From positions 29,319,134 through 29,383,133 of the forward strand of contig CM119263.1 of assembly GCA_051294375.1 (NCBI GenBank): a stretch of DNA of 64,000 nt, read 5' to 3'. Below, piece by piece: positions 54,826 through 64,000 of the stretch (within the stretch, counting starts at the first letter, position 1; each line of letters starts with the position of its first letter). The notes under the pieces are model-generated. The model saw nothing but the letters and a program-made list of their open reading frames with translations. It made no database searches and was not told where the DNA came from. The DNA comes from Paraspadella gotoi. Lineage: Eukaryota; Animalia; Chaetognatha. The translations under genes and the position numbers were made by a program.

Positions 54826-57800
54826 ATGGAATTCACCGAAGCCGAAACCTTCTACACCCTCATTTTTTCACTGGCTGCCTTTCTCACAATCTTCCCGCCT
54901 CACGAAGTCAAGTCTGCAGGGCTCACGCTAGATAACTTGTTCCAGTCCTACTTCGGTGACCCCAACATACGTTTCGTGATGTATCACATGAGAAGGACAG
55001 CCGTCACCAAATGCGTTCACGCGTTGCTTCCAACCAGTCAGTAAATCCCAAGAAGACTTGAAAGAAAATGCGCTTGTGGATTTTACTAGATATAATCCCC
55101 CAATATCTTTTCAGTTTATCTCCTTGGCCTGGCCATTCTCCGCTACCCCGCCTCCCTCTCCACCGCTGGCGCCTTCAACTACGCCTTCACGATCTTGACC
55201 ATGTCCAAGGCGAGTTATGTCTCGATCATGCTGGCGTCGCTCAGCATGGGCCTCGCCGTAGTGGTCATCACTTTCGCCCTTGTCAACACTTTCCACGACT
55301 GGGCCATGGATCCCCTGGCGGCGTCGCTCTCGGCGCACTCCTCGAGGGGATCGTGGAGGGAGGTCGCCGCCTCCGTCGATAACGAGATTCGAAGGGTGGA
55401 CAAGTTCGCCAGCGTCGTTGGTCATTCCAAACTTTACGTGACGGGTGAGGGGCAAGTTAGTTAATTCAAATCAGAATTGACTCAATTATTGAGGGATGGA
55501 GGCTTTGACCTACCATAGCTTGTCCAAAGTCAGGGAAAAGATAAAGAAGTGTATAATTTTTGTATAGTTTTTACCAATTTTCTGTACTGAACTATATTTA
55601 GGCGAGCTCATAAATATATGAGTACATAAAGTTCACGCAAAAGTCCACAGTACGCATATACATACTATTTCGCGTCGTACAGAAACGTGGCTCATCCAAG
55701 TGAACCTGTACAGCGTTCACGTAGTTCACCAACAGGACGTTCGACTCGAACTGAGCAAAGCGGAGGAATACGAGTTGTGCCCCGAATCCACGACCGGGTC
55801 TCAGTTCCTCGAAATTCAAGTCCGCAGTTCGAGAAACGCCGTGAAGCCATTCAAGTAGGAATTCTAGTCTGTTAAATTTCTCTTTGTTTTTCTGGGGCTG
55901 AGATAAGACCCGACTCACACACTCACTCTCTTCCCCAGCATTCGTCTTAATTCTCTGGACTACCAAGATCTCAAGGAGAGACTGCAAGCGCCGATCGAGA
56001 ACGCTCGCAACATCATCGTTCAGCAGAGTTTGTCTGAGAAATTCGTCCAAGCCTTTCACGAAGTCATCTCCGCCAATCCGCGGCTAATTCATGTATGGCA
56101 AGGCGCTTTCGGCAATTGTCCTTTAAAATAATATGAAGTCGGGATTGGTAACTAAATGACTACAGTAGTACTGAATACTGATTGTGTATTGTGGATTTCA
56201 GCCTCATCCACAATATACAGGGACTTCAATCTGGAGTGATACGAAAAGACTTGGTTAAACTCGTAATTCTTTCACTATATAATATAGATATATATATTAT
56301 TTTTATATCATTTATTAGTTAGACAACGACTTGACGTTTATGTTGACCTAAAAAAAATGTTCAAATTTAGTAATAGTATAATCACAGTGGCTCTCAAGCG
56401 CTGAATCACTTCATATTTTTGTCCATATTTTAAGTTTTTAATAATTTAATAATTTTTAATGCTGATTGTGAAGTTATCTGATATAAAATAATAAATTTTA
56501 ATGATAAAAACTAATTTGTTATTATAAAAAAATTCTCATATAAAACCTAACTTATTTATTATGGTAACTATTATTTATCAACGAAGTATTATTAATATTA
56601 TAAAAATAATTTTTTTAATTCTGGTTTTTACTACAATATCTTATTAATCATAAAAACGAATAATGAAAAAAAATATTAAAAGTATAGTGGTCTCGCCAGA
56701 TGTTACTTTAAAAAAAAATCCGGGAAAAAAATGAATGATTGATACCATAACGAATTATTGTTGTAATAATAATTGATATATGTAATAATAGTAATTGATT
56801 GATGTAATAATAATTTATTGGTGTAATAATAATTTATTATTGATGTGATGATAACCAATTATTGATGTGATTATAACCAAATATTGAGGCGATGATAACC
56901 AGATATTGATGCGATAACCAAATGATGGATGCGATGAGAGTCATTCATTGATACGACGATAATCATTCATTGATCCGATGATAATCATTCATTGATACGA
57001 TGATTATTATTCATTGACGCGATGAATTATTTATTGTAAATAAAACAAACAAATGCGTGTATGAGAGAAAGAAAGAAAGAAAGAGAGGCTGGACAGCCGC
57101 TGCAGAGCTTAACTCGTTTTTAGACGAATCAGAAGAGGTAACGATGGAAAAAAAAAGAGAGCGTGACACATATTTAAAAGAGAGAGAAAGAGAGAAGCTG
57201 GACAGGTTTTTACAATTTGCGATGTTAAAGAAGCGTGATGACGACGGCACAAGGAAGCAATTCTAAACGATTATCACGCCAAAACGGGCTTAAGCTTAAG
57301 CCCATCTGGCGAGAAAAATTCAATTGAAAGTGCATCTTATTAAAACTATAAATCCTTCAGTTCCCATTATAACAAAGTAAAAATTCTGAGGAAAATATTT
57401 ATAACATAGCAACTATCCTAATTAGAATATAACAAATTGTTAGAAAAAAAATTCAATATTTTTCTATTAGTATAAACAAATTTTATAATCTGATTGCTCA
57501 TTTCGATTATATTACAAGTTTTTTCGTATCACTCCAGTTTGAAGTCCCTGAATTGTCAACATTAGCCAGAAATAATTCTCTTCGTAATAACTCTCGACTC
57601 TGACACAGACGGAGGAGGTGGAACCTTGCATCGGCTGCATGCAGGTGCAAGCGAACGTCAAGCTGGAGAAAAGATGCGCCACCGAAGATGACGGAACGAG
57701 CGACTGCCGGAGATGCTTTTGTCGACCGATGTGGTTCGTCTTCAGATAGAAACGTTAAGTTTGCTATTCTTTTGCAAACTAATAAATATGCTTCTCCAGG

Positions 57801-57938
57801 TGTGCGGGTTGCATGGCTCGTTGGTTCGCCTCTCGTCAGGACGCATCGACGCCGGAAGTGTGGCTGGGCGGGAAGTCGCCTTGCCCGACTTGTCGGTCGC
57901 GGTTCTGTCTCTTGGACGTGTCGCTCTTGGACGGTTAG
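54826..57938 (+). CDS. TMEM129: E3 ubiquitin ligase TMEM129 (ER-associated degradation), 6 coding exons
   Basis: N-terminus FYTLIF..FPPHEVKSAGLTLDNLFQSYFG..FVMYHMRRTA..VHALLP; LYVTETWLIQV; IRLNSLDYQDLKERLQAPIENARNI; C4C4 RING EPCIGCMQVQANVKL..CRRCFCRPMWCAGCMARWFASRQD..WLGGKSPCPTCRSRFCLLDV; TAG 57936-57938. Confidence 0.93.
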
Positions 57939-58745
57939 GTATTCTCGCTGTGGGTGTCACTGTTTATGGCAAGCCGATTCGCTGATGGAATGGAGCGTAG
58001 TCGTGGGAATCAACGCAAATATCGTTAATTTAAAACTACGACCTTTGGAGTAATTCTATTTCGCTGTTAATGTTGATGTTCCTATCTTTTTGAATCTCCC
58101 TAACTCTCGGAGTAAATATTTCTATAACCTACTATTTAAACAATGTTGTCAATTATAAAACATGTATTTTATTTTTTTTTCCCTTCGGGAGGAGGATCTA
58201 AAATCTTTGAACAATCAACAGCTTTGAAATTTATATCAATGTTATGTAGAGCTAGGTAAAATAGGCTTGATCGTTTTGTATGTTGATGCAATAAAAAGTT
58301 TGAATTTTTTGTTCCGATTTGTTTTTCGATCATCGTTCTGAGTCTAATTTTGGGACAGGAATCCTGATATTAGGGTAAAATAATACAGCATACTGTACAA
58401 TGTACAAGTTACAGTTATTATAATACAGACAACGTCCTATTGCTAAAAGTTTCTCATAAAATTACAATAAAACGATTCTACCGAAAATCGGTTAAAAAGA
58501 AATTCGCGGAAAATATGGCGTAACTCAACAACGAAGGGCGTAAAAATTTTCACAGTTGACAATCGTTTAAAAACCTGGAGAGAGAGAGAGTGAGAGAAAG
58601 GCGCTTTTCTTTTTCCGAGGAAAGATTGGAATGGTACTAAAAAAAACGCCCAAGATAAAATGAGAAAAAAAATTTTATGGCAAAGATTAAAAGTTGAGGG
58701 CGAATTAAATTAAATTGTGGACGCGTGTCTCTTAAGATAAAGAAG

Positions 58746-61231
58746 CTACAGGCCGGCATCCGGTTGTCGCGCCCTCAGCCGAGACTCCCAATCGCGGGGC
58801 CTGTCGGTACGCCAGGCGCGGGTGCTGCTGCCATCGCTCTCGGCGGCGGCGCTTTGATCCAAGTGAGACTTCTTGACGGGCGAGGTGAGCGAGGCCTCCG
58901 ACATCATATTCGTGGTGGAGGCGCAAGAGTCTTGGGAGGAGTCATCAATGGCCGCCGAGGGCGTCAGAGGCGGGAAAGATTCCTCGCAGTCGATTTCGCG
59001 AGGGCGTTTGTGAGATTCACGCGAGAGAGGGAGAGAGCGACGAGTTTCTGTTAAATTAATAATCAACAAATAAACGAACAAATACAAATACGAGTATATG
59101 AGTCACATGATTCAACCGAGAGCAGTCCCTTTTACCTTTCCTCGTCTCTCTAGCTTTTGGAGCGGGCGACGCCTGATTGGCCTGGTCCCAGGCGACGATG
59201 TCGCGCTTCCAATTCTTGATGAGCGAGTCGAAGGAGCGACGGGAGAGCTTCTTGAACCTGTCGGGCGTCTTCGGGTGGACTCGAGCGATGCGGGTGTGTC
59301 TGATGAAGGCGTAAAAGGGGCAACGACATTGTCATTGTGGTTTCTCGCAATGCGCACGAGCTTCATCCTCATCACAACCACTTTAAAATCTTGAAATATT
59401 TCAATCTCCGAGTCACCTTGGAACAGATTGGATGTATCTCGAGTAAGCCGGAGTATTCTTTCCGTAACTGATTTGCTTTTTCCTCCGCATAATCACATCA
59501 GGGTCGGTCTCCATGGTATTGAAGAGTTCCTCTTTGCTCGGGACGGGAGACTCTCCTTGCATCAACAGTTTCTCGTGCAGTCTGATTAGACGGTTAAATA
59601 GTTGGGAAATAATAAGTAATGTCCAATTTTAAGCGAGGTAATGGAACGAAGATTGTACACAAATTAAATATAATAAGTTTACTACTTTTGGGAGGTGGTG
59701 TTGAGTCACAGGTTCGGGTGTGTCATATTGATGCAAACGTTATATACGTATACCACAAATTTATGAAAAGTATGATTCGTTTCTCGGCTCACCTATCGAC
59801 GCGCGACTGCACTTCCGTCTCTATGAGTTCGCGGTCCTCGACGATTGAGCTCCAGTCTTTGGATTCATTCATGTTGGACATGGTCTCCAAGCAAGACGAG
59901 GATGAGCCTAAAAAAGTCCCAATTTTGTCTTGTTAATAAACGAGGATCGTTAAGGAGACAATAGATCCATTCTCACCGGAATTGGTTCTAGATCTGGACC
60001 CGTGACCATCGACGGAACCGTTACAGATTGACGGCGTCGACGGCGCCGACGCCGCCGGAGAGTGATACACGCCGGAGTCTGGACTTCCGGCGCGACGGAC
60101 GATCGAAGATGACTCTGGCGGAGGCGAAGCCGTTCGAGCTGATCGTCGAAAGGTGACCTCGCGAGACGAAGTCCGACCGGGAGAACCGGGGCGTCCGAAG
60201 CAAAGAGGATCGGCCGAGGAAAAGGCGCGACCGTGAGCACGAGTGGACGAACGATTCGAAGGGCGTTCGGCGCCGCCGTTCGTCGGATTAGACGACGATG
60301 AGGACGACGCAACAGGGTTACGATCACGATTCGATCTTCTGGTGGAAAGAGAAAGCATTTAACAACTTTAACAATTTATTACTTAGCCAAAGAAAGTTTG
60401 GCCTTCTAATTTAAATCATTAATGATTAATCTTTTTCGAAGTCACAATGTAAAGTCCAGACGACCGTAACTCAGATGCTCTTTTATATAGGAGATATCGA
60501 CATTCGTCTCTTTCTCTCTTTTGCGGTCATTCCAGATTCTGCTCTGAAACGGGACTCTTCTCTAAAATAATAAACGTTTGTGGATGCCTAATGGACACTT
60601 AGTGGTTTCTTCATGGATTTGTTTATTTGTTTACTATTGCTTCTTTGATTAATTAGTTAGTATTTCATTGATTGTATTGTATGAATATCTATATGCTTTG
60701 ATTATTTTATTAAGGTACCATTAAATATCAAGACTCCAAGTGGATAAGAAACTTATAAACTTTACGGCGCCAGCGGTCCCGGTTTTCAGTCAAGTTTCTC
60801 TCCCGACGTCTTCTCCCTCTCCGCTAGGTCGAGGAGGGGGTTCTTTCAACAAGTTGTCACCTGTTGCCATTTCTCTTTGTCGGACTTAACGGACTTCGCA
60901 ATGGACTGCTGCTTTTCGGGTAAAAATTGGCATCTGAAACGAGTAAATACAGAGAACATTGTCTTAGATTGCCTAAATAATAATAAAAAGTTATTTGGCT
61001 ATGAAATGAACCATACCCGTGTCATCTTGATACTTGTCATTTTTTGCCGAGGAAGATGCGCGCGACGACATGCTTCTGCAAATAAAGATAAGATCGAATT
61101 ACGCTCAACTAATTACCGTTTTGTCGTTTTCAATTATTGTTTTCTTAAATCTAAGTCTCTAACCTTTTCCCGCCGTGACGTTTTCCCGGTTTGTCCGACT
61201 CGGACGTGTCCATCGACGATACATTTTCCAT
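58746..61231 (-). CDS. SLBP: Histone mRNA stem-loop binding protein (5' exons above ~60340 uncertain)
   Basis: Spliced RNA-binding domain [33 protein letters not shown]|[38 protein letters not shown] (~59418-59581, ~59137-59299) matches the SLBP core, including the conserved KTP threonine. Confidence 0.9.
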
Positions 61232-62521
61232 GATGACCCGACTTCGCTGGAGAAAGTTTCTCTTTTACATGGGATCTACTCGAGAGAAAAAAAAATTGAG
61301 AGAAAATAAAGAGAAAAAAATTGAGAGACAAATTCCTTTAATGTCAAAACCGCAAAAGGGACAACAACAACAACAAAGCGGTACAAAGAGAAGGTGGCGC
61401 GGAATGGAGGCGACGTTTCCCGCGTCTCGAGCGGAGGGACATCAACTTCCCGACTTCCCGCTCGAACCGAGGAGATGAGGGCGACCAGCTTTCGCGCTCT
61501 TAAGCGGGCGGGGCGAGGAAAATACGGCGCCGAAAGACGATGGCTTCCGTTTAGGAGAAAAGGAGGAAGTAATACCGAGACGGTGGACGAAGAGCGACGG
61601 GAAATTACGACATTACGGTTTATATATGTAAATTATTAAACGTTCAGTCGATGTTTTAAAAATCCGGAAGCGCGAAAGACTCGGCTTTCGATGTTCGGCT
61701 GCTCGGAGGGAAGCCATGGCTCAGCTGATTGTTTTGCTTTGTAATGGGACCTCTCTCTGTCTCTGTCTAAGTCAGAACCTGAGAGAAAAAAAAAACAAAA
61801 ATTGAAACCTAAGCAAGATACCGAATTAGGATTAAAACATTCAATTCTTATTCAATTTCTTATCTTCGCGAGCGAAGCAAAATTCTGCGCGGAATCCGTC
61901 TCATCCTACAATGTTCAAATTGTAGCTAAAACTGCTCGTGTATCAAATAATCTCAAGAAGAATACTTAAAATTAACTAAAAATAAAATCGCAATATTTGG
62001 GAAAAAACGACGTAATATAAAAATACGGAGAAATGGCGAAACGAGAAGCAACTGGAAAACAAATGATAAAAAATCATATTAAACAAAGCGATTCTCATAA
62101 CAAGGTAAGATACATGTAACAATGGTTTACGTATTAAATAATCGTTTGTAAGAAACGTAAGGAAATTTGAATCATTCCAGATCATATTTGGAATATGAAA
62201 TCCGCTTTTTCGGTTGTACAATGGACATATTTTAGTTCGACACGGCAGAAAATGCCGTGATAATAAAAACTTAATCCAGTAATAATCAACGCCGTCTGAG
62301 TCACTAACTGATTTAGCTAACTAAATCCTTGAGAAAAGGCCACTTAACCATGAAAAATTCAAGCGTCGGACTCGGAGTGTTACGATTGTGGACTTCAAAA
62401 TGGCTGAAAGCTGGGGAGTCAAGTAAAATGGACTTCGGTGATCAAATGACCATGTGAAGTTAAAAATTCAGAAGTTGGATATCTCGAGTAAACATAGAAA
62501 TTGTAGTAGAGTTGAACGTTA

Positions 62522-62745
62522 CCCAATTGAGAACAGTTCAAAACTACATTGCGCCATTGCTTGCAAACACCAGAACAGGACAAAAATTCGTAGAGTTTGA
62601 GATAATGGAAAATCTTTCGAGGCACATGATCTGGAGAAAGTTTATACTATGGTGGACTAAAATCCACCAACCTGTCACTATTGTTGCTGTCAGAAAGTTG
62701 ACAGTTCTGGAGGGGTTGCGTGGGACACTCTGCCTCTCTATCCTA
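62522..62745 (-). pseudogene. F-box motif exon(s), possibly a degenerate gene
   Basis: cag|..DHVPRKIFHYLKLYEFLSCSGVCKQWRNVV..|gtaac fits the F-box consensus. I could not join downstream sequence without stops or frameshifts. Confidence 0.45.
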
Positions 62746-62980
62746 CATTTTCATAATCAGATTCAGGGGGATTGCAGTCAGATAAACAACGCGGTAAAAA
62801 GTCGGGAATCTTTATGCTTCATCGTGATTTTCGTAACATTTCCCAAAATTTGCATCAATTACAGAGGTTGCTGTTGGATTTTTCAGAAGTTTTTGATATC
62901 GATCGAAAGAGAAATTAGCCTTGTTTTCAAATAGTCTCGCTTTTCTTCTATCATCAACCGTTTTTGGGCCGAGGGCACTT

Positions 62981-63007
62981 GGTCCCATTAGAGCTGGACC
63001 TCCCTGT
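62981..63007. mobile_element. Solo terminus of the 38688-38965 MITE family
   Basis: gtcccattagagctggacctccctgta is identical to 38941-38967. Confidence 0.75.
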
Positions 63008-63141
63008 ATTAACCAAGTTATACATGGCAATATCAAATAACAATGAAATCAATCACCCAAACGTTGCATGGGCTAGAGAAATCATTTGAATAATTACTAG
63101 CTTCCGCCATTATTAACTTTTGTCCTTCTCTAATTCCTTAG

Positions 63142-63881
63142 GCGATGGAGCAACAAGAATGCTGGCGTCAATGGGAACGCCGCCGGCCACTCTCGCCCCT
63201 GGGAAGGACGATCCAGGAGAGACTAATGAAGTTCTCGTCGGATCCCGCGGCGGTGTTGGGCTCAATGAAGAGCATCTCTCAGGCCAAAGCAAAAAAGGCG
63301 GAGGCGGAGAAGCGGAGGAAGAGGAGAAGCAGGTGAGTTGGTAGGAAGAGTCTTCAGGGAGGTCTTCAAAGAGCGTCCCTTACGAAGGGTTTCTTCAGGT
63401 CGCGGAGCCGGTCTCGCTCGCCATCTCGATCGCGTCGACGAGCCAAAGTAAATAAGTATCTAGAGAGAGAGTGGGAGAGTCCGCCGAGGCTGCCCCAGTT
63501 CACGCAGCACGACGACCGACTGGGTAAAAGATCGAACTTAGGTAAGTCAGCCATCGCCGATTGATGAACGTGACCGATTGTATTTCACTAATGTATTTTA
63601 ACAGATGGTCGGCAGTCTGACCTAGACTCGACAAATTCGAGGGAAACCGCTCGAAGAATGAAACTGGACTCATTAAATAAAGGAGATAAAAGGTTGGAAA
63701 ATGAAATTATTATTATAACAAGTTTGATCTTGAAATCAACTTTTTTCTTCTTCAGATGGGGCCACGACGGGTTTCAGGACCTTTATCCCGCCGAGTATTT
63801 GGAAGTTCAAAATAAACAGAAAATAACTGAAAGACGCATGAAAAGACTTCGGAGGAACAACTCTAGTGGAAGCGAATCGAG
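63142..63881 (+). CDS. NKAPD1: NKAPD1 (C11orf57)-like protein, partial; probably continues beyond the window
   Basis: In-frame exons 63142-63332 (AMEQQECWRQW), ~63399-63522 (RS-rich), ~63605-63692 and ~63756-63881 with RWGHDGFQDLYPAEY, resembling the NKAPD1 motif RWGHSGYKELYPEEF. Start exon not established. Confidence 0.55.
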
Positions 63882-64000
63882 GTAGTGGTTAGGGTCACGA
63901 CGCCGGTGGCGACTTCCTCCCACTTCGCTTACTTCACACTAGTATTCAGTTTTCATCAGTTTTCTATCCGACCATTAATTCACTTACCCTACTTATCTAT

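Overview
Eukaryotic genomic DNA from an invertebrate metazoan (innexin present, spliceosomal GT-AG introns, CpG-rich exons, abundant (CT)n/(GAC)n microsatellites, one 24-N assembly gap). Most ORFs in the supplied track are microsatellite or antisense artefacts, so I assembled the genes exon by exon by hand. The left ~36 kb is gene-poor. It holds a small uncharacterised gene and an 11-exon PRDM1/Blimp-1 (minus strand) with a large non-coding flank. The right ~28 kb is compact: innexin (-), a secreted single-kringle proprotein (-), a CCCH+CHY zinc-finger gene (+), an unusually long MDM2/MDM4-family gene (-), TMEM129 (+), SLBP (-), an F-box fragment (-) and an NKAPD1-like gene (+, leaving the window). 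Several non-autonomous DNA-transposon-like elements lie in introns. I found no clear new multi-gene system. The best leads are a repeat-expanded Blimp-1 PR domain with a candidate PR-less isoform promoter, the ~1,100-aa MDM with an aromatic-less RING tail, and the furin-processed kringle protein. All gene identities come from motif recall, not database searches.
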